64,000 bases of DNA. Origin: Candidatus Methanomethylicia archaeon. GTDB lineage: Archaea; Thermoproteota; Methanomethylicia; Culexarchaeales; Culexarchaeaceae. The DNA is taken from the NCBI GenBank assembly GCA_038727515.1, contig JAVYVS010000001.1:602946-666945 (forward strand). Reading direction: 5' to 3'. The position numbers were made by a program, and so were the translations under genes. Below, in pieces: positions 19,277-29,492 of this stretch; position 1 is the stretch's first letter; every line of letters begins with the position of its first letter. The notes below the pieces were generated by a model, which worked only from the letters and a program-made list of their open reading frames with translations, was not told the origin of the DNA and did no database searches.

Positions 19277-21055
19277 ATGATAGAAGACTTCCAAGTGAAA
19301 GTTGCAAAATACGTAATGGAATGGGGAGAATGGATAGAGAAATGTGAATTGCTATTACTACTTGATACTGAAAAAGATAAAATTAAGATTTATATGGATA
19401 AATTGTTAAGCCTTCAAAATGATGATGGAGGATTTCCACGTAATTGGATTAAAGGATACTCCTCAGGAATAATCGAAACTGCAAAAGTTATAGAATTGGC
19501 TTCTAAAATAGGTTTAAAAAATGATGAAAGAATAGAAAGAGCAATAAAATTCTTAATTAAAAATCAGCTTGAGAATGGAGCGTGGATGGAAGAATCATTA
19601 GAATATGAAGATAATTCAAATGATGTAATAGTTTCAGCATATGCATTAAAAGCTATAGCGACAGCTGGTATTAAGGGGGAAGTTGTAGATAAATGTGTAA
19701 GATACTTATTGGAAAGTCAAAGAGATGATGGATTATGGCCAAAAACAAAGGCAGGAATAAATCCAGATTTGGAAGCTTCTGGAAGAGTTTTAATAGCATT
19801 GCATGAAACAAAAAATAAGATTGCTACAAAAGCCATTAAAAATGGATTTGAAAGTTTAATGGAAGTATTTATTGAAAAATCAACGAAAGAATGGGATACA
19901 CTCTCAGAAGATATACTACCAATAATTGAAGCAATATCAATTATACAACCAAAGAAAAATACAGCTGCCAGGAAAATAATAGATAGCTATATAAAAGGTG
20001 AAAAATGGGAATTTCAAGATAGAAGAAGTGAAAATACAAACAACCTATTAAACTTAATTAGGGTAATGGCTTTAACAAACATCATAAATAAAGATAAAGT
20101 TAAAGAGGAAATAAACAAATTATTGGAATTAAAATTAAATCTCAAGAGGATTATAGAGAAATTTGAAAATGAAGCCAAAGAGATATTACTATCAAAATTT
20201 GAAAATATAGGGATTAAGAGGAATGATCCTCAGAAGAAGATATTGCTTGGATTATTCATATACTCACTATTAGAACAATTTTTCTGGGCTGCAGAATATG
20301 AACCGCAAACAGAATTTATTGGTGTAATAGATAGAGTTGGAACACTAGATAAAATTGAGAACTACACAGACTATGAAAAGATTAGAAAAGCATTATTTAG
20401 GAGTAAAGCTCTTACTGGAGTTGCAAAAAAGAAGAAGGAGGATGCTGCAAAAAGTATAACGTTATTTGCTAGATTCCTAATACAAAATAATGAAATAAAT
20501 GTATTTGAAGAATTCGTCAAAAAACTAATTGAATTTACATTATTTGAAATAGCGCCAACACTTTCAGGGGCAACAACAGCAAGAAAGCTTGGTCTACTAC
20601 TAAGAAACTACACTAAAAATGAAATTGAAATGTACAAATTATTTGAATCATTAAAATTATCACTGGAATGCTTCCCATCAATAGGATCTAAGATATCAAC
20701 ATTATATCCATACTACACTATATGGATATATAACATATGGAATGAAGTGAGAAAATACATAGAAACTCCAATAGACTGGAATACAGTAAAAACATATATA
20801 AGTATAGGCTTAAGCAATTTAACATTAAAAGATCTTAGGAAGGATCCGAGAAGAGCATCTAAAGCAATAAATAAGCTATCTGAAGAACTATTTCCAGAGG
20901 ATAAAGCAAAAATATCATTACTGTGGATAGCTGGAAGAGAATGGTGTACAAAACCATATAAATGCTATGGGCATATGGGCAGAAAATGCTGGTTCTATGA
21001 TATTTGTATGAGGAGGATGAAAGATGAAGAAAGAAGAAAAAAGAATATGGGATAA
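19277..21055 (+). CDS. hypothetical protein: N-terminal prenyltransferase/terpene-cyclase-like alpha-toroid repeats, helical middle, C-terminal Cys4 module
   Basis: 592 aa; repeats LLSLQNDDGGFPRNW, LIKNQLENGAWMEE, LLESQRDDGLWPKT (QxxDGGF/W type); C-terminus EELFPEDKAKISLLWIAGREWCTKPYKCYGHMGRKCWFYDIC; paralogous over the C-terminal ~300 aa to the next ORF. Confidence 0.35.
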   Translation: MIEDFQVKVAKYVMEWGEWIEKCELLLLLDTEKDKIKIYMDKLLSLQNDDGGFPRNWIKGYSSGIIETAKVIELASKIGLKNDERIERAIKFLIKNQLENGAWMEESLEYEDNSNDVIVSAYALKAIATAGIKGEVVDKCVRYLLESQRDDGLWPKTKAGINPDLEASGRVLIALHETKNKIATKAIKNGFESLMEVFIEKSTKEWDTLSEDILPIIEAISIIQPKKNTAARKIIDSYIKGEKWEFQDRRSENTNNLLNLIRVMALTNIINKDKVKEEINKLLELKLNLKRIIEKFENEAKEILLSKFENIGIKRNDPQKKILLGLFIYSLLEQFFWAAEYEPQTEFIGVIDRVGTLDKIENYTDYEKIRKALFRSKALTGVAKKKKEDAAKSITLFARFLIQNNEINVFEEFVKKLIEFTLFEIAPTLSGATTARKLGLLLRNYTKNEIEMYKLFESLKLSLECFPSIGSKISTLYPYYTIWIYNIWNEVRKYIETPIDWNTVKTYISIGLSNLTLKDLRKDPRRASKAINKLSEELFPEDKAKISLLWIAGREWCTKPYKCYGHMGRKCWFYDICMRRMKDEERRKKNMG

Positions 21056-21974
21056 GTATCTAACAAAATTTTCTGCAAAAATCGAGGGGGGACTCTTAAA
21101 AGATCTAAGAAATGAAATGGATAAGAGAAGTGAAATTGTAAAAACACATTACAAAAGATTGCTAGATAATTTGAACATTACAACAGAAGATACTAGGAAT
21201 ATGCTTATGGATATATTCGTTTACTCAGTATTTGATAAATATAATTGGAAACTAAGAAGTAAAGGTGAAACTCCATCAAAAGAATATAAGAGATTCAAAA
21301 GTGTAGTAACGAAATTTGATTATTATCTTGATGAAGATCTATTATACTATGCCATAAAAGATGAATGCAATGAACTTAGCAATATAAATAAAACTGATGT
21401 AGAAAGAATAATAAAATCAATGTCATACCTAGCTCAAGGATTAGCTAACATAGAAAACTTCGAATTTATAAATTTTGCAGAATCTCTAAGGAGACATATA
21501 ATGTTCAATGTTTCAAAGGATCTACCAGAAAAAATATACAAAATAAAATCTTACTATTATGGTTTGCTTACCATGACTAAGATCAAAGACAATTTAACAG
21601 CTATAGATTCATTGAAAACATCAATATTATGTCTCCCCATAGGAGAGCAACAAATAACAAACATGTACCTATACCTACTATTAATAGTTTTGAATGTATG
21701 GAATGTAAGTGGAAAAACATATGTATACTCACCATTAGACAATGGAGTCTCAGAAGTCCTATTAAGCCTTGGATTAACAGATAAAAGAATAGAAGACATG
21801 GAATATGAAAATACGGGATACAAAGCATACAAAATAATAAGTGAAATGTTATTTCCAGAGGAACCATCAAAAATGATGGTTACTAGGGCCGTAGCAGAAA
21901 GATGGTGTTACCAAAAGAAGATTAAAATATGTGATGAATGTTGGTTTAACAATGTATGCCCAAAGGAATATTAA
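21024..21974 (+). CDS. hypothetical protein, paralog of C-terminal region of 19277..21055, C-terminal Cys4 module
   Basis: 316 aa; shares blocks with upstream gene (LSLGLTDKRIEDM vs ISIGLSNLTLKDLRK; EMLFPEEPSKMMVTRAVAERWC vs EELFPEDKAKISLLWIAGREWC); C-terminus WCYQKKIKICDECWFNNVC (C-x7-C-x2-C-x5-C). Confidence 0.35.
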   Translation: MKKEEKRIWDKYLTKFSAKIEGGLLKDLRNEMDKRSEIVKTHYKRLLDNLNITTEDTRNMLMDIFVYSVFDKYNWKLRSKGETPSKEYKRFKSVVTKFDYYLDEDLLYYAIKDECNELSNINKTDVERIIKSMSYLAQGLANIENFEFINFAESLRRHIMFNVSKDLPEKIYKIKSYYYGLLTMTKIKDNLTAIDSLKTSILCLPIGEQQITNMYLYLLLIVLNVWNVSGKTYVYSPLDNGVSEVLLSLGLTDKRIEDMEYENTGYKAYKIISEMLFPEEPSKMMVTRAVAERWCYQKKIKICDECWFNNVCPKEY

Positions 21975-23231
21975 TTACTCACCAAACTTCTTAGCTTTAG
22001 ATGAGTAACTTAAAAGTATTGGAAGTAAATCTAAACCTCTAATACGTCCAAGTCCACCCTTTAAACAATCTCTTTCACTAAACTTATTAACATCATCATT
22101 AACAATATATGGGCCATAAATAAGTACTGGAACTGGATCTCCGGAATGATCCCTAATAATTATTGGAGAACAGTGATCAGCTGTAATTGATAAATAGACT
22201 TCATACTTGTTTAACCCTTCAATAATCCTTCCAACCATTTCATCCACAGCTTCAATAAATCTAATTTTCTCTTTAATCAATCCATCATGACTAGCAGTAT
22301 CAGCACCTTTAACATGCAAAAATATGAAATCATATTTCTCGGCAGCTTTAACAGCTGCTTCAGCCTTCGCCATCAAATTACTATTTAAACCGCCAGTAGC
22401 ACCTTCAACATTTAGAACATCTAAACCAACAGCTTTTGCAACACCTTTAATCAATGGAACTCCTGCAATACATACACCCTTAATACCATAACGTTCTTCA
22501 AATTTCTTAATATTTGGAAGAGTACCAGCACCTCTACAAAGAATTATATTTGCAGGTTTATGACCTCTGGAAATCCTAGATAAATTAGCTGGGTGAGAAG
22601 ATAGTACTTTAAAACTTTTAATGGTAAATTCATTTAGTATATTGGCTGTCCTTATAGCTTCAGGTGTATTAGATAAAGGTTTTGAAGTAAGGATTTTAAC
22701 ATTCTCCTTTTCAGGATCAGTATCACTAACATCTTTTGAAAGCCCAGATCCCCTTAAAACTAAAACACCCCTATGCTCTATACCGTGTTTAAATATTATT
22801 GAAACATTTGGAGAAGATTCAATTTTAATATCATTAATAGCTTCAGCAAGTAAATCTCCTTCAACAAGATATCTACCAGCCCTTCTATCTAAAACTATTA
22901 AATCATCATTTACTGTAGCAAAATTAGCTCTAAAAGCTATATCTCCAGGAAATAAATCTAAACCTAAACCAAGAGCTTCAAAAGCCCCTCTACCAGTATA
23001 ACATTCATATGGGTCATAACCAAGCAAAGCAAGATTTGCAGGCGCACTACCGGGAGGGATACCTACTCCAATAACATCTATAATACCAGTCAGTCCATTT
23101 CTAGTCAATTCATCAATTGTGGGTTTATTTGCAACTTCAAGAGGAGTCTTATAGTTAAGTTCTGGTATTGCTCTATCACCCATACCATCAACAACAATTA
23201 ATATTATGCGTTTTTCAACCATAGAGATCAT
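21975..23231 (-). CDS. apgM: 2,3-bisphosphoglycerate-independent phosphoglycerate mutase, archaeal type (apgM)
   Basis: 418 aa; archaeal iPGM hallmarks: N-terminal ILIVVDGMGDR metal site, C-terminal ITADHCSP. Confidence 0.85.
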   Translation of the reverse strand: MISMVEKRIILIVVDGMGDRAIPELNYKTPLEVANKPTIDELTRNGLTGIIDVIGVGIPPGSAPANLALLGYDPYECYTGRGAFEALGLGLDLFPGDIAFRANFATVNDDLIVLDRRAGRYLVEGDLLAEAINDIKIESSPNVSIIFKHGIEHRGVLVLRGSGLSKDVSDTDPEKENVKILTSKPLSNTPEAIRTANILNEFTIKSFKVLSSHPANLSRISRGHKPANIILCRGAGTLPNIKKFEERYGIKGVCIAGVPLIKGVAKAVGLDVLNVEGATGGLNSNLMAKAEAAVKAAEKYDFIFLHVKGADTASHDGLIKEKIRFIEAVDEMVGRIIEGLNKYEVYLSITADHCSPIIIRDHSGDPVPVLIYGPYIVNDDVNKFSERDCLKGGLGRIRGLDLLPILLSYSSKAKKFGE

Positions 23232-23257
23232 TTAAATATCTATTGAATAAATTGAAT

Positions 23258-24577
23258 TTAATATTTATGTTTGTAAATAAAGTTTGAAATACACTCCTTG
23301 AGATCAGGCTTTCCAATTTCAGCGAGTTCAAAACTTACCATTGTTGATGGTTTAGCTATTTTGATAAATCTTCTTAAATCAGTGGGTGTAGCTATAACAA
23401 TGCTATCACAATCAGCATTATTTATTGTAGCTTCAAGTTCTAAAAGTTGATCTCTATTATAACCTAGTGCTGGAATTGAGAGGAGATCGTTTTCCTCAAC
23501 AACTTTCTTAATTGAACCAATAGCACATGTTTTTGGTGAAATAATTTCAGAAGCCCCAAACTTTTTAGCAGCAATATATCCAGCACCAAATCTTAAATCT
23601 CCATGGAGTAATGTAGGTCCATCCTCAATAGTTAATACACGTTTACCCTTAATTACATTGGGATCATCAACATAAACTTCTGAAGCAGCTTTAACTATGA
23701 TTGAATTTGGATTTATAGACTTAATATTCTTTTCAACGATTTTAACACTTTCATCATCAACAACATTAACTTTATTGATAACAACAATGTCAGCCATTCT
23801 AACATTAACTTCACCTGGGAAATATTTAACTTCATGTCCAATTCTCAAAGGATCTACAACTACGATTAATAGATGTGGTTTAAAGAAGGGGAAATCATTG
23901 TTTCCACCATCCCAAACTATTATTTCAGCTTCAGCTTCAGCATGTTTCAATATTAATTCATAATCAACACCAGCATAAACAATATAACCTCTACGTATAT
24001 GAGGTTCATATTCTTCCTTCTCTTCGATTGTACAATTATATCGTTCTAAATCTTCTATTTTCTCAAATCTCTGTATTCTTTGAGCTTTTAAATCACCATA
24101 GGGCATTGGATGTCTTACAACAACAAATTTAACATTAAATTCCTTTAGAATATTACAAACACGTCTTGTAACAGTACTTTTACCAGCACCAGTTCTAGCA
24201 GCACATATAGCAATAACAGGTTTACTGGATTCAAGCATAGTATCCCTTGGACCTAGAAGTCTAAAAGATGCACCACAACTCATAGCTATAGATGCCATAT
24301 GCATTACATGTTCATGAGAAACATCGCTATAAGAGAAAACAACTTCATCTACATTAAACTTCTTAATTAAATTTGGAAGTTCAGATTCATGATATATTGG
24401 TATACCATTTGGATAGAGTGGCCCAGACAATTCTGGTGGATATAATCTACCTGCGATACCCGGTATTTGAGTAGCTGTAAAAGCTACAACTCTATAATTT
24501 GGATTATTCCTAAAGAATACATTGAAATTGTGGAAATCCCTTCCAGCAGCACCCATAATAATAACATTTCTAACCAT
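23258..24577 (-). CDS. cyclic 2,3-diphosphoglycerate synthetase-like P-loop protein
   Basis: 439 aa; Rossmann-like N-terminus (IIMGAAGRDFHNFN), Walker A AARTGAGKST; overall resembles cPGS-family proteins; directly adjacent to apgM on same strand; family assignment from memory, unverified. Confidence 0.45.
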   Translation of the reverse strand: MVRNVIIMGAAGRDFHNFNVFFRNNPNYRVVAFTATQIPGIAGRLYPPELSGPLYPNGIPIYHESELPNLIKKFNVDEVVFSYSDVSHEHVMHMASIAMSCGASFRLLGPRDTMLESSKPVIAICAARTGAGKSTVTRRVCNILKEFNVKFVVVRHPMPYGDLKAQRIQRFEKIEDLERYNCTIEEKEEYEPHIRRGYIVYAGVDYELILKHAEAEAEIIVWDGGNNDFPFFKPHLLIVVVDPLRIGHEVKYFPGEVNVRMADIVVINKVNVVDDESVKIVEKNIKSINPNSIIVKAASEVYVDDPNVIKGKRVLTIEDGPTLLHGDLRFGAGYIAAKKFGASEIISPKTCAIGSIKKVVEENDLLSIPALGYNRDQLLELEATINNADCDSIVIATPTDLRRFIKIAKPSTMVSFELAEIGKPDLKECISNFIYKHKY

Positions 24578-24681
24578 AGAAACACCAAGAAAACGAGGGA
24601 AAACAAAAATATAAATTTAAATATTAGGTTAAATTGGAAAACGTTATAACATTATAGAAACTTAATAGAAATATAGGTATT

Positions 24682-25041
24682 ATGAGTGGGAAAAAGGAGA
24701 AAATACCCTTTAGGGTTAAAATGGCTGATGGAAGTATAGAAACAGTATATGCATATTCAGAGAAGCAAGCATTATTCCTAGCATCAAAAAGTGGGAAGAA
24801 GGCGTTGGAAGTTGTAGGAATACTTATGAAGACTGAAGAAAAACCTATTGAAAAAGAAAGAGTTAATGAAAAAAAGATTGAATTATTTGAAAAACTTGAA
24901 GAAGCTTTAAAGAATAAAAGATACATAGAGGCTATAGAATATAAAATACAAATTCAAAAAATGATATCTAATGGAGAAATAAATTGGAATAATGAATTAG
25001 AGAAGAAGTATGGATTATTTGGATTATGGTGTAATAAATGA
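24682..25041 (+). CDS. hypothetical protein (small, Lys/Glu-rich)
   Basis: 119 aa ORF with no recognisable motif; 4-nt overlap with downstream M14 gene. Confidence 0.3.
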   Translation: MSGKKEKIPFRVKMADGSIETVYAYSEKQALFLASKSGKKALEVVGILMKTEEKPIEKERVNEKKIELFEKLEEALKNKRYIEAIEYKIQIQKMISNGEINWNNELEKKYGLFGLWCNK

Positions 25042-26600
25042 TTAAAAGGATTTACCCATACTTCATCACAATAGTGATCTTAACTCAATTTATCCAATTA
25101 ACCCCAATCCTTTCACATACTACCATTGAAAAATTAGAATCTATGGATGTTAGAAGTGGAATATACACGTTGTATGAGCTAAGTGATGGAAGAATCTTAA
25201 ATGTAACATATAATTCATTGAATAAGTACACTAAAACACCATTAATAAATGTAACAATAGATATTTGTGGAAGAACATTATGGGCTATATATAATCTAAC
25301 CAATAGAATGCGAATTTATGGAGAATTATGGAATTGGGAGGTATACCCTCTATGGATACCAAAAATCATTAAAGAAAACGATAAAATACAGTTGTATGAT
25401 CACAGGGTATTCAATGTTATAGGAACAAATGAAACTAGTATAATATTATCAAATAATGAAACGAAACTTATCTATGATGGTTTTAGTGGAGTTTTATTGG
25501 AGGGAGAGATAGAGATATTCAATGAAACATTAAATGCTAAAATGATAAAAACAAATATGAAGTTTAGAAGAGAATACTTTAACAACGTATATTTCGATTG
25601 GAAAACTTTAACAATAAAACTTATGAAATTAGAAAGCAAGTATAAAGATATTCTAAAGATTTATAGTATTGGTAAAAGCCTACTTGGTAGAGAAATATGG
25701 GCTTGTGAAATTACTGGAATTGGAAAAGAGGAAGGAGTTATATTAATTGATGGAGGAATGCATGGAAGTGAAGTTATAGGAGTTAGAGTAGCATATAAAC
25801 TTTTAGAAACAATTTTAGAAGAATACAATGAATTAGTTGGTAAAGGTTTACTTAGAAATCTCAGCATAATAATAATACCAATGTTAAATCCAGATGGTGT
25901 AGAAATGTCAAAATATTCACCACCAATACCAATTATACACATAAAGGATGGTAGATGTAATGCTAATGGTGTAGATTTAAATAGGAATTTTGGGTACTCA
26001 TGGACTCTTGGAGGTTCACCATACTATAATTCAACAACATATAGAGGTGAAGAACCTGAAAGTGAACCAGAGGTAAAAGCTTTAAAAAACATATTATTAA
26101 AGCGTAACATATTGTTTTATTTGAATTTACACTCAGGGGTAAAGCAAATACTAATACCAGCATATCAAGAAAATCCATATCTAAATGTGTATATGGAAAT
26201 AGCCTCAACACTTTCAAATATATATGGGTATGAAATAGCTAGAGGAGGAATATATGGAGGATCTGCAAACTGGTGTCTGATGGGTAGAGATAAACCAGCA
26301 TTATCAATAATAATAGAACTTTACGGTGGAGGAACAAGAACTCTAGAAGTAGATTGGTTTCTATTTTACAATCCAGTAGACATAAGTGAAATAAGTAAAA
26401 TTGAAATATTAAGTTATCAAGCTTTCATACAGATACTATTAAACGTGAATAAATGGAGTAGAGGAATCATAAGAGGAGAAATAGAATCATCAAGTCAACA
26501 AATACTAATAATAGTAATAATATCAATAGCGATCATACTAACTATAATATCATCATATATAATGTCAAGAAGTAAAATTAAGAAGAAAATTAGAAACTAA
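25038..26600 (+). CDS. membrane-anchored M14 family zinc carboxypeptidase
   Basis: 520 aa; N-terminal hydrophobic signal/anchor, M14 motifs GGMHGSEV (HxxE), MLNPDGV, GVDLNRNF; C-terminal TM helix plus basic tail. Confidence 0.7.
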   Translation: MIKRIYPYFITIVILTQFIQLTPILSHTTIEKLESMDVRSGIYTLYELSDGRILNVTYNSLNKYTKTPLINVTIDICGRTLWAIYNLTNRMRIYGELWNWEVYPLWIPKIIKENDKIQLYDHRVFNVIGTNETSIILSNNETKLIYDGFSGVLLEGEIEIFNETLNAKMIKTNMKFRREYFNNVYFDWKTLTIKLMKLESKYKDILKIYSIGKSLLGREIWACEITGIGKEEGVILIDGGMHGSEVIGVRVAYKLLETILEEYNELVGKGLLRNLSIIIIPMLNPDGVEMSKYSPPIPIIHIKDGRCNANGVDLNRNFGYSWTLGGSPYYNSTTYRGEEPESEPEVKALKNILLKRNILFYLNLHSGVKQILIPAYQENPYLNVYMEIASTLSNIYGYEIARGGIYGGSANWCLMGRDKPALSIIIELYGGGTRTLEVDWFLFYNPVDISEISKIEILSYQAFIQILLNVNKWSRGIIRGEIESSSQQILIIVIISIAIILTIISSYIMSRSKIKKKIRN

Positions 26601-27405
26601 TAAACACTAATGAAATAATTAATCCAGTTAATCCACCAATTAGTGTAGAAGTAAAATTGACAATATGGTTATTTATAAAGCTAAATCCTTTAACAAGTCT
26701 AGCTCTACATCCACAAAGTATATGTATAGGATCCTCTGAGAACATATTACATTTATCACACCAATATCCAGCTTGAAAAATTGCACCGATAAAACTATCA
26801 ATAGTAGACCCAATAAAACCAGATACAACAGAAATACAGAGGATTTGAACTAATGAAAATTCAGGTGCAACATTAAACATAAAAGCAGCAAACCCCATTA
26901 ATAAAGATGAGAAGAATATTGCGAATTCACCATATGGAGATATAGCTCCAGAAACACCAGGTTCAACCTTCCTTAAATTTGTTATTAACCTAGGCTTACC
27001 AGGATATAGTAAACCAATTTCAGTAGCTAGAGTATCTGAGAAAGCAGTAGAAATAGCGCCTAGGAAAGCTGCAAAAAAGATGCCGCCACCAAAAGTTCCT
27101 TCACCCAATGCAAATAATGCTGCTACACCACCATTACCAACAACATTCCTCCAAGATCTAGATCCCCCTCTAGCTTCAGCAAAACCCAAACTCCTTTTAA
27201 AATCATATTTATACTTAGTGAATAAACTGGATGCCACATAAAACAGTAGTAATAATGCAAACCACTTAAACCCACCAAAAAGAATAACAATAAAACCAAT
27301 AATAAAAGCAGAAAAAGTTCCAGATAAATCTAGAAATCGAAATTTTATTGAGATTATCGATAAAAAGAGTAGAATGCATAATCCAAGTAGTAATTCCATA
27401 CTCAA
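26590..27405 (-). CDS. DUF92/TMEM19-family integral membrane protein
   Basis: 271 aa polytopic; conserved block AEARGGSRSWRNVVGNGGVAALFA reminiscent of DUF92 family. Confidence 0.45.
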   Translation of the reverse strand: MSMELLLGLCILLFLSIISIKFRFLDLSGTFSAFIIGFIVILFGGFKWFALLLLFYVASSLFTKYKYDFKRSLGFAEARGGSRSWRNVVGNGGVAALFALGEGTFGGGIFFAAFLGAISTAFSDTLATEIGLLYPGKPRLITNLRKVEPGVSGAISPYGEFAIFFSSLLMGFAAFMFNVAPEFSLVQILCISVVSGFIGSTIDSFIGAIFQAGYWCDKCNMFSEDPIHILCGCRARLVKGFSFINNHIVNFTSTLIGGLTGLIISLVFISF

Positions 27406-27492
27406 TCTAAATATGATTGGTAAAACAAATTAAAAACGATTTCTACATAAACAATTTAAACAAAATATTAAACCTATAATTTGGTGTAGAAT

Positions 27493-28842
27493 TTGAAAAT
27501 TTATAAAGCTTTAACAATAGCTGGATCAGATTCCAGTGGAGGTGCTGGAATACAAGCAGATCTAAAGACTTTCTCAGCATTCCAAGTTTATGGTATGACA
27601 GTAATAACAGCTTTAACAGCTCAAAATACCATGACCGTTAAAGGAATACATCCAATACCACCAGAATTCATAAAATTACAATTTGAAGCAGTAGTTGAAG
27701 ATATAGGTGTAGATGCAGCTAAAACTGGAATGTTATATAGTGAAGAAATAATAGATATCGTAGCTGAAGAAATAAGCATTAGAAAGATCCCTTTAATTGT
27801 AGATCCAGTTATGATTGCAAAATCAAAAGCAAAACTATTGAAGGATGAAGCTATAAAAGCATTAAAGGAGAAATTAATACCCATAGCAAAAATAGTAACC
27901 CCCAATATACCTGAAGCAGAAGAAATGGTAAAACACAAAATAAAGGGTTTAGAAGATATGAAAAGGGCAGCCATAGATATAAAGTCTATGGGAGTTGAAG
28001 CAGTAATAATTAAAGGTGGACATCTAGAAGGAGGGAAGGTAATAGACCTACTATATTATGACGATTTATTCTATGAAAATGAGAAAAGGAGGATTGAAAC
28101 TAAAAATACCCATGGAACTGGATGCGTATTTTCAGCAGCATTAACAGCATTAATAGCTAGAAAAGTAAGTATACCTGAAGCCTTTAGAATTGCAAGTGAA
28201 TTTATGGATAAATCAATAATTGAAGGCTTAAATATTGGTAGAGGTTATGGTCCAGTAAATCCAATGGCTAAATTATATGAAGAAGCAAATAGGTATAACG
28301 CATGGATAAATGTTTTAAAAGCATTAGAGAAAATTGAAGAAACAAAAGAATTAGCAGAATTAATACCTGAAGTTAGAATGAATATCGGTGAAGCAATACC
28401 AAACGCAAAAAGCATTAAAGATGTATGTGCAATAGATGGTAGAATAACAGTGGTCAATGGTTTTCCAAGAGCAAATGGACAAGTGAAATTCGGAGCATCA
28501 AAACATATAGCAAATGTAATACTATCAGCAATGGAGATTGATCCAAACATGAGAGCAGCTATGAACATAAAGTATAGTGAAGAGATATTGGAAGCTTGTA
28601 GAAGAGCAGGATTCAAAATAGCTGAATTCAAAAGAAAGGAAGAACCATTGGAAATAAAGTTAATTGAAGGAGGAACATTGAAATGGGGTGTGAAAAAGGC
28701 AATAGAGGATTTAGGAGAAACACCAGATGTAATATATGATTTAGGAGAAATTGGGAAAGAAGCTATGATAAGGATAATTGGCATAAATGCAGAAGATGTT
28801 GTAAATAAAGCCACAAAAATAATAAAAAAATTGAGAATTTAA
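27493..28842 (+). CDS. thiDN: bifunctional ThiD (HMP/HMP-P kinase) + ThiN (archaeal thiamine-phosphate synthase), ThiDN
   Basis: 449 aa; N-terminal ThiD signature LTIAGSDSSGGAGIQADLKTF; about 180-aa C-terminal extension typical of archaeal ThiN domain. Confidence 0.8.
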   Translation: MKIYKALTIAGSDSSGGAGIQADLKTFSAFQVYGMTVITALTAQNTMTVKGIHPIPPEFIKLQFEAVVEDIGVDAAKTGMLYSEEIIDIVAEEISIRKIPLIVDPVMIAKSKAKLLKDEAIKALKEKLIPIAKIVTPNIPEAEEMVKHKIKGLEDMKRAAIDIKSMGVEAVIIKGGHLEGGKVIDLLYYDDLFYENEKRRIETKNTHGTGCVFSAALTALIARKVSIPEAFRIASEFMDKSIIEGLNIGRGYGPVNPMAKLYEEANRYNAWINVLKALEKIEETKELAELIPEVRMNIGEAIPNAKSIKDVCAIDGRITVVNGFPRANGQVKFGASKHIANVILSAMEIDPNMRAAMNIKYSEEILEACRRAGFKIAEFKRKEEPLEIKLIEGGTLKWGVKKAIEDLGETPDVIYDLGEIGKEAMIRIIGINAEDVVNKATKIIKKLRI

Positions 28843-28844
28843 GT

Positions 28845-29492
28845 TTATGTTGGTATCCTAAGCCATTCAAATAGTAGGAATTGCAATCGCCCAACGAATA
28901 AATCAATTCTACTCAGAACGGTATTGGCAAAGGCATATCCGAATGCTAACATCATTAAAGTTTTACCAAGCCTTGGAATAAAGGCTAAAGACCCTGTATG
29001 CAATCTTGGAAATGTGAATATGAAGTAGTAAAGTGCTGTTATCAATGAGACCCATAAGAGGACTTTTCCAATAATATCAAAAATAGTTCCAGTACGGAAA
29101 TCAAGTGAAGCTGTAGCAACAATTTGTGCAATAAAATCAGCTTCAATAGATCTAACAAATGCCGCTGTAACACTTGTACCCACAACTATGGCAATACCAT
29201 ACCTAAAGATCCAATATAATGTACGATGATATCTAAAGTACATCGTTACACCAATAATCAATGGTACGATATACCATGGATCTTTAAGTGTTGGATATAG
29301 GTAATCTATACCGTAAGTCTTGATATTTCTAAGCGCTGCAACAAAAGTATAACCTATAGCAGCACCAACATAAGTGTGTTCAGCAAATTTGAAAACCGGA
29401 TTATCCCTATATGCAATTGAAATACATGCAATTGTAAGAAATGCAGCAACCCATAAGCCAATTTCAGTTATAATATCCACCATAACATTCAC
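28845..29492 (-). CDS. hypothetical polytopic membrane protein (operon member 5)
   Basis: 215 aa, 5-6 predicted TM helices; 4-nt overlap with upstream gene; no recognised family. Confidence 0.35.
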   Translation of the reverse strand: MNVMVDIITEIGLWVAAFLTIACISIAYRDNPVFKFAEHTYVGAAIGYTFVAALRNIKTYGIDYLYPTLKDPWYIVPLIIGVTMYFRYHRTLYWIFRYGIAIVVGTSVTAAFVRSIEADFIAQIVATASLDFRTGTIFDIIGKVLLWVSLITALYYFIFTFPRLHTGSLAFIPRLGKTLMMLAFGYAFANTVLSRIDLFVGRLQFLLFEWLRIPT

